From NCBI RefSeq assembly GCF_963974175.1, contig NZ_CAXBBR010000002.1, forward strand, positions 165,266-229,265: a DNA stretch of 64,000 nucleotides, written 5' to 3'. The DNA comes from an uncultured Flavobacterium sp. (GTDB taxonomy: Bacteria; Bacteroidota; Bacteroidia; Flavobacteriales; Flavobacteriaceae). The translations under genes and the position numbers were made by a program. Positions 46,670 to 55,880 of this stretch are shown piece after piece. The notes beneath the pieces are model-generated. The model was given only the letters and a program-made list of their open reading frames with translations. It ran no database searches and was not told the DNA's origin. Each line of letters starts with the position of its first letter. The first letter of the stretch is position 1.

Positions 46670-49600
46670 TTATGCTTCTTTCCCTCCCAACATCTCCATC
46701 AACTCTAATGCTTTTCTTGTTGATTTTGCATTATCGAAAGTGATTAGCAGACGCAAGCCATTTGGCGTTTGTTTCTCTTTCATTTTACAAAGGTCAGTGT
46801 GTTTTTGAACAAACTGCAGCACCGCTCTAAAACGTTGCGATTGATAATAATCAGATTGCTGATCAGATACAAAATAACAAATCATCTTGCCTTGTTTCAT
46901 CACTAGTTTCTCAATTCCTACTTGAGTCGCAATCCACTTGATGCGAATACTGTTCATTAAAGCAATTGCTCGTGGAGGCATTGGGCCAAAACGGTCAATC
47001 AATTTAGTCTGAAATAGTTGTAATTCTTCTTCATTTTTTACAGCCGCTAATTCGCCGTACAAACTCAATCGCTCGCTGATGTTATTGATATATTCATCGG
47101 AGAACAACAACTCAAAATCAGTGTCGATTTGCAGGTCTTTTACGTACTCCTTCGTTTCTATATTATTCTCTGTAGGATACAAATCTTTAAATTCATTTTC
47201 TTTTAATTCCTCAATGGCTTCATTCATGATTTTCTGATAGGTATCAAAACCTATTTCGTTGATAAAACCACTTTGTTCCCCACCTAATAAATCTCCAGCA
47301 CCACGAATCTCCAAATCTTTCATCGCGATATTAAAACCGCTTCCCAGATCACTAAATTGTTCCAATGCCTGAATTCTCTTTCTAGCGTCATCGGTCATGG
47401 CTGAATACGGCGGACAGATAAAATAACAAAAAGCTTTTTTATTGCTTCGGCCCACACGTCCACGCATTTGATGCAAATCAGACAAACCAAAATTATTAGC
47501 GTTATTGATAAAAATCGTATTAGCATTAGGAACGTCTAATCCGCTTTCGATAATAGTGGTAGCTACCAATACATCAAATTCCCCGTTCATGAAAGCCAAC
47601 ATCAATTCTTCCAGCTTCTTCCCTTCCATTTGTCCGTGGCCAATTCCAACTCTGGCATTGGGTACCAAACGCTGAATCATTCCGGCGACTTCCTTTATAT
47701 TTTCAATTCGATTATTGATAAAAAACACTTGTCCGTTTCGTTGAATCTCATACGAAATCGCGTCCCGAATCATCTCTTCACTAAAACCAACAACATTAGT
47801 TTCAATAGGATATCTATTGGGTGGCGGAGTCGTAATTACTGATAAATCACGTGCTGCCATTAAGGAGAACTGCAAGGTCCTCGGTATTGGCGTGGCGGTC
47901 AATGTGAGCGTATCCACGTTAGCCGCAATGGTTTTCAATTTATCTTTTACGTTTACTCCAAATTTCTGTTCTTCATCAACAATAAGCAATCCTAAATCTT
48001 TAAAAACAACGTTTTTATTAACCAATTGATGCGTTCCTATGACGATATCTAGTTTTCCTTCCGACAAATCTTTTAAAGTTTCAGCTTTTTGTTTAGCACT
48101 TCTAAATCGGTTTAAATAACCAATGGTAACTGGCATGTCTTTCAATCGCTCAGTAAAAGTACGGTAATGTTGATAGGCTAAAATAGTCGTCGGAACTAGA
48201 ATAGCGACTTGCTTCCCATTGTCTACCGCTTTGAAAGCAGCACGAATGGCAACTTCCGTTTTTCCAAAACCTACATCACCACAAACCAACCGGTCCATAG
48301 GGCGATCGCTTTCCATATCGGCTTTTACTTCCTGAGTAGATTTGGTTTGATCCGGTGTGTCCTCATATATAAAAGAACTTTCTAATTCATTTTGCAAATA
48401 ACTGTCAGGTGCAAACTGGAATCCTTTATCCAATCGCCTTTTGGCATACAGCTGAATCAAATTGAATGCTATGTGTTTTACTCTTGCCTTGGTTTTTTGT
48501 TTTAAAACTTTCCAGGCATTCGAACCTAACTTATAAATTTTAGGCGGTGTCCCGTCTTTACCGGTATATTTTGAGATTTTGTGTAGTGAATGTATGCTCA
48601 CATACACAATATCATTATCAGCATAAACTAATTTTATAGCTTCCTGCGTTTTGTTTTCGACCTGTATTTTTTGTAAACCTCCAAAACGTCCAATTCCGTG
48701 ATCGATGTGTGTTACATAATCCCCAACAGACAGCGTTGTCAATTCTTTTAAAGTGATATTTTGCTTTTTCGAATAGCTGCTCTTAATGTTGAATTTATGG
48801 TAGCGTTCAAAAATCTGGTGATCGGTATAACAGGTAATTTGGTTTTCCTCATCAATAAAACCTTGGTACAAAGGCATAACAATCGTATTGTATTGTTTGC
48901 GAATATTCTCTGAATTGGATTCGTCTAAACTTGCAAAAATATCATGAAATCGTTTTGCTTGTCCCTCATTCGAACAAAACAAATAATTTTTATAACCGTT
49001 AAACTGGTTTTCACTCAGGTTGTTCAGTAACAAATCAAATTGCTTGTTGAATGACGGTTGTGGCTGAATGTGAAATTCGAACTTCTTGGCGATTTTAAAA
49101 ATTGGTGTTGGACTCAACTCTACTATCGAAAAATCTAAAGCTCTTTTTATAAAAGTCTTTTGGTTTAAAAACAGTTGATCCGGCGTGGCATGTTTGATGT
49201 CAGTTGATAGCTTTTCAAAAGCTTCTTCTGCCCTCGCAAATTGTTTATCCAACTGCGAAAAAAGGTCTTCGGTATTTTGAATAAACAACACCGTTTTCTC
49301 TGAAATATAATCCAGGAAGCTTTCTCTATTTTCCTGAAAAACTTTGTTCTCCACATTTGGAATTATCGTGATTTTCTTTTGGATTTCGATAGACAACTGG
49401 GTCGCTACATCAAAGCTACGAATGCTTTCAACTTCGTCTCCAAAAAACTCGATACGGTACGGATTATCATTCGAAAAAGAAAACACATCGACGATACCTC
49501 CACGAACAGAAAATTCTCCCGGTTCTGTTATGAAATCGACTCTTTTAAATTCATATTCGAATAAAACCTCATTGATAAAATCAATTGAAATCTTATCCCC

Positions 49601-50044
49601 AACGGACACTTTTAAGGTGTTTTTTTCCAAATCTCTACGTGTTACCACTTTTTCAAAGAGGGCTTCGGGATAAGTCACGATTACAGCCGGTTTCTTTCGA
49701 GAATTTATTCTGTTGAGTACTTCGGCACGCAACAAAACATTGGCATTATCAGTATCTTCAATTTGGTACGGACGACGATAAGAACCTGGATAAAACAGCA
49801 CATCCTTATCACCTATCATTTGTTCCAAATCATTTAAATAATAGGCCGCTTCCTCTTTATTGTTTAAAACGATGAGAAATGGAGCATCTGCTTTTTTAAA
49901 TAACGCGCGTATGACAAAAGATGTCGCTGATCCCAGCAAACCATCAAGATGTAATTTCGGTTGATTATTTTCCTGCAAACGTTCAACGATTTGTTGAATT
50001 TTAGGCGAATTATCAAAGATGTTATATAGGGCAGTTTTACTCAA
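46670..50044 (-). CDS. mfd: transcription-repair coupling factor
   Basis: Walker A GDVGFGKTEV, DEEQKFG box, TATPIPRTL, and a UvrB-homology N-terminal region. Confidence 0.95.
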   Translation of the reverse strand: MSKTALYNIFDNSPKIQQIVERLQENNQPKLHLDGLLGSATSFVIRALFKKADAPFLIVLNNKEEAAYYLNDLEQMIGDKDVLFYPGSYRRPYQIEDTDNANVLLRAEVLNRINSRKKPAVIVTYPEALFEKVVTRRDLEKNTLKVSVGDKISIDFINEVLFEYEFKRVDFITEPGEFSVRGGIVDVFSFSNDNPYRIEFFGDEVESIRSFDVATQLSIEIQKKITIIPNVENKVFQENRESFLDYISEKTVLFIQNTEDLFSQLDKQFARAEEAFEKLSTDIKHATPDQLFLNQKTFIKRALDFSIVELSPTPIFKIAKKFEFHIQPQPSFNKQFDLLLNNLSENQFNGYKNYLFCSNEGQAKRFHDIFASLDESNSENIRKQYNTIVMPLYQGFIDEENQITCYTDHQIFERYHKFNIKSSYSKKQNITLKELTTLSVGDYVTHIDHGIGRFGGLQKIQVENKTQEAIKLVYADNDIVYVSIHSLHKISKYTGKDGTPPKIYKLGSNAWKVLKQKTKARVKHIAFNLIQLYAKRRLDKGFQFAPDSYLQNELESSFIYEDTPDQTKSTQEVKADMESDRPMDRLVCGDVGFGKTEVAIRAAFKAVDNGKQVAILVPTTILAYQHYRTFTERLKDMPVTIGYLNRFRSAKQKAETLKDLSEGKLDIVIGTHQLVNKNVVFKDLGLLIVDEEQKFGVNVKDKLKTIAANVDTLTLTATPIPRTLQFSLMAARDLSVITTPPPNRYPIETNVVGFSEEMIRDAISYEIQRNGQVFFINNRIENIKEVAGMIQRLVPNARVGIGHGQMEGKKLEELMLAFMNGEFDVLVATTIIESGLDVPNANTIFINNANNFGLSDLHQMRGRVGRSNKKAFCYFICPPYSAMTDDARKRIQALEQFSDLGSGFNIAMKDLEIRGAGDLLGGEQSGFINEIGFDTYQKIMNEAIEELKENEFKDLYPTENNIETKEYVKDLQIDTDFELLFSDEYINNISERLSLYGELAAVKNEEELQLFQTKLIDRFGPMPPRAIALMNSIRIKWIATQVGIEKLVMKQGKMICYFVSDQQSDYYQSQRFRAVLQFVQKHTDLCKMKEKQTPNGLRLLITFDNAKSTRKALELMEMLGGKEA

Positions 50045-50648
50045 TTTGAGGAAGGTTTGGGTTGTTTATTGTCGGATTACTATTTGGAATGGCTCTGGAC
50101 GCATCCATCATTTTTATTAAATCAGATTCTCCTTCTTCCACGGGAATTTTACTTTTTTCAACAATTTTATCCATTTGCCTCTGTAATGAAGCTAATTCAA
50201 CATTGATTTCAGCAATCAAGTGAACCACCTTTTTATCTGGAATGTTATCTAAATGAATATACAAATCAAGCAAACGCACTTTAGTGATTAGTGTTGAAAT
50301 TCTGCTTTTAATTTGTGGTTTATCAAACTGGTAAGGCAAATTTTCATTCAATGCCGTTGCTTTTTTAGAAATGGCTGTCGCTTTTTGTTGAAATGCTCCA
50401 ACGGTCTTTTTCGGTTTTTGTGCTAGTTCAGCCAAAAACAGACGAAGCTCATTCCAAGTGGCAACACTTTCTTCGGCAGTAGTATTTATAGGTGTATCAT
50501 AAAAAACCCACCCTTTATTTATATTCGAAAAAATGACTTCCTTTTTTTTGGCGTCCTTTTCGTTTTCTGCGATCCTTTTTTGATTATCATCTTTACAGGA
50601 AGAAAGGATTATAATCAGAAAAAGAAAGGATACTATTTTATATTTCAT
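50037..50648 (-). CDS. hypothetical lipoprotein
   Basis: Lipobox LSSC. Its stop overlaps the mfd start by 8 nt. Confidence 0.6.
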   Translation of the reverse strand: MKYKIVSFLFLIIILSSCKDDNQKRIAENEKDAKKKEVIFSNINKGWVFYDTPINTTAEESVATWNELRLFLAELAQKPKKTVGAFQQKATAISKKATALNENLPYQFDKPQIKSRISTLITKVRLLDLYIHLDNIPDKKVVHLIAEINVELASLQRQMDKIVEKSKIPVEEGESDLIKMMDASRAIPNSNPTINNPNLPQIE

Positions 50649-50935
50649 AGGGATGTTCTCTGTTACTTTTTAATTTCCAATGTAATTTTCTACACTTCTT
50701 TCTTCTCGCCGTCGAGATTCTTTTATGCTCATTTCATTGCCATTACAAGGAAGCACAAAGTTACAAAGTAAATTTATAATTACAGATTCGAATATGCAAA
50801 TTCCAATTCAACTGCAAACACTACATTTATAGCATAAAAAATGCCAAAATAGCGAACAGAAAATTATCATTCCAGCTGTTTTCATATCGGATTTATAATC
50901 CCGAAGTAACACTGCAAAAATATTTACGAAAACGT

Positions 50936-50943
50936 TATCTTTG
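50936..50943 (+). promoter_or_regulatory. -7 box TATCTTTG
   Basis: 21 nt upstream of the ATG at 50964. Confidence 0.45.
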
Positions 50944-50963
50944 CGATTCAAAAATTAGTCAAT

Positions 50964-51914
50964 ATGAGTACAAAAATATTAATTATAGGCGCTTGTGGAC
51001 AAATAGGTACCGAGTTAACCCATTCTCTAAGAAAGATCTACGGAACTGACAATGTAATCGCTTCCGATATTCGAAAACTAAATAACGATGTTGTTAATTC
51101 AGGTCCTTTTGAGGTAATAAACGCATTGGATTTCAATCAGATTGAGCATCTTGTAGAAGTTCATAAAATTGACGAAATCTATCTGATGGCAGCATTACTA
51201 TCAGCAACAGCAGAGAAAAACCCCGCTTTTGCCTGGGATTTAAATATGAATTCTTTATTTCACGTTTTGAATTTGGCTAAAGCCAAAAAAATAAAAAAAA
51301 TATTCTGGCCATCGAGCATTGCTGTTTTTGGTCCAACAACACCAAAAGAAAACACACCTCAATATACCATCATGGAACCGTCCACGGTATACGGAATCAG
51401 TAAACAATCTGGTGAAAGATGGTGTGAATACTACCATAATATATTTGGTGTGGATGTGAGAAGCATCCGTTACCCAGGATTGATCAGTTACTCCTCTCCT
51501 CCCGGTGGTGGAACAACGGATTATGCTGTAGATATTTTCCACAAAGCACTTTCTGATAAAAAATACGAATGTTTCCTTTCATCGGAAACTAAAATGCCGA
51601 TGATGTATATGGACGATGCAATTGCAGCGACTATAAAAATTATGCAAGCTCCAAAAGAAGAAATCAAAATTCATTCTTCATACAACCTTGCAGCAATGAG
51701 TTTTACACCGACAGAAATTGCAGCAGAAATCAAGAAACATATTCCAGAATTCACGATTACTTACGAACCAGACTTCCGCCAGAAAATTGCTGACAGTTGG
51801 CCTGCAAGTATCGATGACCACCAAGCAAGAGAAGATTGGGGTTGGAATCATAAATATAATTTAGAATCGATGACCGTAGATATGCTGGAAAATCTAAGTA
51901 AATTAGAAGAGTAA
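50964..51914 (+). CDS. tdh: L-threonine 3-dehydrogenase, SDR / UDP-glucose-4-epimerase-like type
   Basis: ILIIGACGQIGTEL Rossmann motif and YGISK catalytic region. Length and layout match the short-chain TDH known from flavobacteria. Confidence 0.8.
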   Translation: MSTKILIIGACGQIGTELTHSLRKIYGTDNVIASDIRKLNNDVVNSGPFEVINALDFNQIEHLVEVHKIDEIYLMAALLSATAEKNPAFAWDLNMNSLFHVLNLAKAKKIKKIFWPSSIAVFGPTTPKENTPQYTIMEPSTVYGISKQSGERWCEYYHNIFGVDVRSIRYPGLISYSSPPGGGTTDYAVDIFHKALSDKKYECFLSSETKMPMMYMDDAIAATIKIMQAPKEEIKIHSSYNLAAMSFTPTEIAAEIKKHIPEFTITYEPDFRQKIADSWPASIDDHQAREDWGWNHKYNLESMTVDMLENLSKLEE

Positions 51915-51964
51915 TTAAATTGTTATCATTGTCTTTATTTGAAGCAGAAATGAATTTCTCGTCA

Positions 51965-52042
51965 AGACCACCCACCCGTCATTCGTTTTATCTTTGCTTT
52001 TTTAAAGAACAAAAGCAAAGGATATCACTACTACCGGGGCTA
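51965..52042 (+). repeat. copy of the dispersed element (subfamily 2, degenerate 5' end)
   Basis: CCCGTCATTCGTTTTATC ... GGATATCACTACTACCGGGGCTA with central stem CTTTGCTTTT/AAAAGCAAAG. Lies 50 nt after the tdh stop. Confidence 0.75.
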
Positions 52043-52071
52043 AAAGACAACAAATGTATTTTACAACAAAT

Positions 52072-52118
52072 AAAAAAACAGAAGCCGCTTTTACAAAAGT
52101 TGCTTCTGTTTTTTTTTA
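52072..52118. terminator. bidirectional terminator
   Basis: AACAGAAGC...GCTTCTGTT stem flanked by A7 and T8. Confidence 0.75.
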
Positions 52119-52150
52119 GCCATAAAAAGTTAGTCGATAGTTTTTAAAAA

Positions 52151-53404
52151 TTACTTCTTATCGTGCTCTGCTATTATCAACTCTGCCACCAAACGTCCTG
52201 ACTTTATAGCAGCGTTTATGGAACCGTTTAATAAATGGTCGCCACAACAATATAAATTGTCGTTGATTTTCATATCAGAAATTGTCAAATCATCTTTAAG
52301 AACAGTGAGATTTGGCAATGCATATTTAATTTTATAGGTTTTCAAGTGTGCCCAATCTTCGACTTGTTTTCCAAACCAAGGTTCTAGTTCCTCTTTGATT
52401 TTTTTAGCTAATTCCTGGTCCTCTAAATCTAAAATACCATTACAGGATATCGAAATTAAAACTTTCCCTTCTGGAGCATACGCTTTACTAACGTTTGTCA
52501 TTACCGTCAAGTTATTTACCACTTTTTTCTTTTCAGAGGCGTTTAGAATGACTACCGCTTTGTTTGAAGGTGCGACAATAGCTTGAAAGTACACATTAGT
52601 AACAGAATGATGTTGGGTCTCAACATTATTTTTTAATTTCGAAATAAGATCATTCGCCTCTGTAGCAACTATAATAACATCCGATTTTATTTCAGCACCC
52701 GAATTAGTGAAAATAGTATTTTCGAGAATGTCGACTACTTTAGTATTGTACAAAAAAGAATCCGCAGGTAATTGATTCGCTAGTTGTTTTGGAATTTCTT
52801 CCATACCTAATGCGGGAAGCGCAGCATCACCTTCTGAAAACATTTTCATGACAAAATCAAACATCCTGTTAGGTGTTGTTAGATTGTTTTCGAGAAAAAT
52901 ACCAGAGAAAAATGGTTTGAAAAAACGGTTAATCATTTTAGAACTGAATCCGTAATTTTTCAATTGCTCTAAGCTTGACTTTTGCTCTTGCAAAAAAATT
53001 CCTTTGATTGATTTATTGATTAATTTTTGCTTCAATAAAAAAGTATTGAATTTGTCTTTCAAGGACCCAACTGGTGCAAAAACAGTAGCCAATAAAGCTG
53101 CAGGTCTTCGAAACGGATCGGCAATTTCAAATTGACCACCGTCATAAAGTACAGTTGCTCCTGGTAAAAAAGTTTTAAGTTGTAATGCCTCGTAATCCAA
53201 TAGCCTTTTCGCTTCTGGATAGGAAGTAAGCAAAACCTGAAAACCGCGATCAAGCCTAAATCCATCGATACTATCTGTCTTTATTCGCCCACCTGCCCTA
53301 TCACTAGCCTCTATTATTTTTACAGAAAAACCCTGACGATGCAAATGCAATCCTGCTGAAAGCCCCGAAATTCCTGCGCCAATAATTGTTATAGTTGGAT
53401 TCAT
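52151..53404 (-). CDS. NAD(P)/FAD-dependent oxidoreductase (amine oxidase / desaturase-like)
   Basis: N-terminal ITIIGAGISGLSAG dinucleotide-binding motif, 417 aa. Confidence 0.85.
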   Translation of the reverse strand: MNPTITIIGAGISGLSAGLHLHRQGFSVKIIEASDRAGGRIKTDSIDGFRLDRGFQVLLTSYPEAKRLLDYEALQLKTFLPGATVLYDGGQFEIADPFRRPAALLATVFAPVGSLKDKFNTFLLKQKLINKSIKGIFLQEQKSSLEQLKNYGFSSKMINRFFKPFFSGIFLENNLTTPNRMFDFVMKMFSEGDAALPALGMEEIPKQLANQLPADSFLYNTKVVDILENTIFTNSGAEIKSDVIIVATEANDLISKLKNNVETQHHSVTNVYFQAIVAPSNKAVVILNASEKKKVVNNLTVMTNVSKAYAPEGKVLISISCNGILDLEDQELAKKIKEELEPWFGKQVEDWAHLKTYKIKYALPNLTVLKDDLTISDMKINDNLYCCGDHLLNGSINAAIKSGRLVAELIIAEHDKK

Positions 53405-53481
53405 ATCGTTTTTATAAAATCGTTTGTTACAAATTTAGTGTTTCCTTTCGTCGAACACAATACTCTCTTTTTCCTAAACAT

Positions 53482-53520
53482 AAAAAAGGTCGCAAATATA
53501 TATTTTGCGACCTTTTGCTT
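53482..53520 (-). terminator. rho-independent terminator
   Basis: AGGTCGCAAA/TTTGCGACCT stem followed on the minus strand by T6. Starts right after the TAA at 53521-53523. Confidence 0.75.
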
Positions 53521-53655
53521 TTATTGTAGAATTCCGTTTTTTGTAAACATCGTACGCAATTTGGTAAATTCTGATTCTGATTTTACTTCTAATAAATCAC
53601 GGGTTTTTCCGTTCTTTAATTCTATAAAATATTTTTTTCTTCCTAAAAAAATCCG
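53521..53655 (-). other. 44 sense codons plus TAA, in frame with and directly after the TAG of ORF 53656..53919
   Basis: Minus strand reads ...KGLN TAG RIFLGRKKYFIELKNGKTRDLLEVKSESEFTKLRTMFTKNGILQ TAA, then the terminator. Confidence 0.45.
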
Positions 53656-53919
53656 CTAATTCAATCCTTTTATTTGATCGATTGGTATTTTTTCTCTTGT
53701 TGATTTTTTAAAAATAGAATTATAAAGTATCACAATTGAAACAACTCCTAACACCAACCATATCATTTTCATGAAACCAAAACTTGCTTCTACGTCAGAT
53801 AAATTTAGAATCGCATTCAGTAGATTTAAAATCATCAGAAAGTTCAATAAAAAGACATAGTTTTTAAGTCCATCCTTAATCTCGATTGATTTTTTAGATT
53901 CGTTATAGTTAATGTTCAT
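53656..53919 (-). CDS. small membrane protein, possibly truncated by an in-frame TAG
   Basis: 87 aa with two hydrophobic helices. See the in-frame extension listed at 53521..53655. Confidence 0.5.
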   Translation of the reverse strand: MNINYNESKKSIEIKDGLKNYVFLLNFLMILNLLNAILNLSDVEASFGFMKMIWLVLGVVSIVILYNSIFKKSTREKIPIDQIKGLN

Positions 53920-53948
53920 GAACCACTACTTAAATTTAGTACTACTAA

Positions 53949-55820
53949 TTATTGTTTAAAAACATTATTTTCCTGTTTCACATCAGCCATTAATCCGCTT
54001 GGATCGATAGTGATTTTCTTGATCGTACTTTTTGCTTTAGCAATAGTAAAATCATAATTAGATTGTGCCCAAGTCCAGTCGTTCAATACCGTTCTTTTTA
54101 CTTCAGGATTCGGATTTGCTTTTTCGAAACTCATCAAACGTAAGGGAACATAAAAGCTTTCAGTAGTCCCATCAGTATACTCTACTAGTAAGTCAATAGG
54201 CATTGGCATTCTACCAATTCTTTCTAAACTTACAGTCGTTTTGTCGCCATTATCCGTTACCGCTTTGATACCATAATCGATCGTATTCAACGTTTGTGTC
54301 CAGTCTACTAAATACCAATCTAAATTAGCGCCCGAAACACGTTCAGCGGTTCTTTTGATATCATTAGGTGTAGGATGTTTGAATTTAAAATCATGGAAAT
54401 ACCTTTTGATGGTTTCTGCTGTTTTATCTTTTCCTATCAAGTAGTTTAATTGTGACAAAAACATACTTCCTTTTACATAAGACGAAATACTATACGGTCT
54501 GTTTTCATCATAACGATCCCCATGGGTAGTTTGCGGTTGCTCTTTCCCTGAATTCACTAAACTATAATAAGCCTTGTAATTTCCTTCAAAAGGGTTTGCC
54601 ACTTTTTTATCAGAGAATTCATTTTCCGCTAAATCTGAAACATAGGTTGTAAACCCTTCGTCCATCCATGGATGCTTAGACTCATTTGAAGCCAAAACGT
54701 GTTGGAACCAAGAATGTCCCATTTCATGCGTAGCCGTTCCAAAAATCCCTTCAAGAGTTCCATTTCCTAGCATCAATGTACTCATGGCATATTCCATTCC
54801 GCCATCTCCCCCTTGGATAAATGAATATTGTTTGTACGGATAGTTCCCAATATTTTTATTGAAAAAATCCATTACATTGACCATCATAGGCTGCAATTTT
54901 TTCCAATTTTCAATAGTTTTCGGATAGTTTTTATAAAGGAAGTGTAAGTCAACATCATTTGGTCCTTTTACGATGTCGTGCATGTAGTTTTTGTCAGCAG
55001 CCCAAGCAAAATCATGAACCATTGGCGCTACGAAATGCCAAGTCAACATTTTTAGTTTCTTAGGATAGTTTACGTTAACACCCGCATCTTCGTATCCGTG
55101 TCCAATTTCATTTTGGTTTTGTAAATACCCTGAACCTCCTAAAGTATAGTCTTTGTCAATTGTAATATTTACATCAAAATCTCCCCAAACACCGTGAAAT
55201 TCTCTAGCGATATAAGGATCAGCATGCCAACCTTCAAAATCAAATTCGGCCATTTTGGGATACCATTGTGCCATCGACAATTCAACTCCTTCTGAATTAT
55301 TTCTACCAGAACGACGAATTTGTACTGGAACCTGTCCATCAAAATCTAAGGTAAAAGTAGTTTTGCTATTTGGCAGAATTGGCTTAGCCAAAGTAACTTC
55401 AAGAATTGTACTTACTGTTTTTGTTTCAGCGGCAACACCATCTTGTTTAAAGTTGGTAATATTTAAGTAACCTATTTCATTTGGCTTTAGCCCTTCAATA
55501 CGACTTACTTTAACCTCTTTACCATCTACTTTTACTTTGTTCACCATTCTTCCGTCAGGATCTTTGATGCTATGTAGTCGTGCATCCATTTCACTTCCTG
55601 GTTGAAATGCATTATTGAATAAGTGATAATACACTTTTCTCAAAGTATCTGGCGAATTATTAGTATACACTAATTCTTGCTTCCCTTTGTATTGATAGTT
55701 TTTAACGTCCATCGCAACGTCCATCTTGTAGTCAACATGTTGTTGCCAATAAGCCGTGCTTTGTGCAGAGATAGCTCCTACATTGAAAGTAATAAAAGAA
55801 ATTAACAGCAGTTTTTTCAT
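53949..55820 (-). CDS. M1-family zinc metallopeptidase
   Basis: HEMGHSWF plus WMDEGFTTY (HExxH-18-E). Signal peptide. Confidence 0.9.
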   Translation of the reverse strand: MKKLLLISFITFNVGAISAQSTAYWQQHVDYKMDVAMDVKNYQYKGKQELVYTNNSPDTLRKVYYHLFNNAFQPGSEMDARLHSIKDPDGRMVNKVKVDGKEVKVSRIEGLKPNEIGYLNITNFKQDGVAAETKTVSTILEVTLAKPILPNSKTTFTLDFDGQVPVQIRRSGRNNSEGVELSMAQWYPKMAEFDFEGWHADPYIAREFHGVWGDFDVNITIDKDYTLGGSGYLQNQNEIGHGYEDAGVNVNYPKKLKMLTWHFVAPMVHDFAWAADKNYMHDIVKGPNDVDLHFLYKNYPKTIENWKKLQPMMVNVMDFFNKNIGNYPYKQYSFIQGGDGGMEYAMSTLMLGNGTLEGIFGTATHEMGHSWFQHVLASNESKHPWMDEGFTTYVSDLAENEFSDKKVANPFEGNYKAYYSLVNSGKEQPQTTHGDRYDENRPYSISSYVKGSMFLSQLNYLIGKDKTAETIKRYFHDFKFKHPTPNDIKRTAERVSGANLDWYLVDWTQTLNTIDYGIKAVTDNGDKTTVSLERIGRMPMPIDLLVEYTDGTTESFYVPLRLMSFEKANPNPEVKRTVLNDWTWAQSNYDFTIAKAKSTIKKITIDPSGLMADVKQENNVFKQ

Positions 55821-55830
55821 GGTATTTAAA

Positions 55831-55860
55831 TAAAAAATGGAAGGACAGTTGTCCTTCCAT
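55831..55860 (-). terminator. rho-independent terminator after the S8 peptidase gene
   Basis: ATGGAAGGAC/GTCCTTCCAT stem followed on the minus strand by T6. Confidence 0.7.
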
Positions 55861-55880
55861 TGGGTTTCTAACTATTCTAT

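Noticed and set aside
49165-49673. Small ORFs on both strands inside mfd (49165..49356, 49344..49673, 49379..49564)
   Set aside because: They are embedded in a 1124-aa gene with unambiguous helicase motifs and are shadow ORFs.
53656-53658. Genome-wide reassignment of TAG as a sense codon
   Set aside because: TAG terminates other well-supported genes in the window at positions consistent with protein-family ends, for example 10996-10998, 21081-21083 and 6150-6152.
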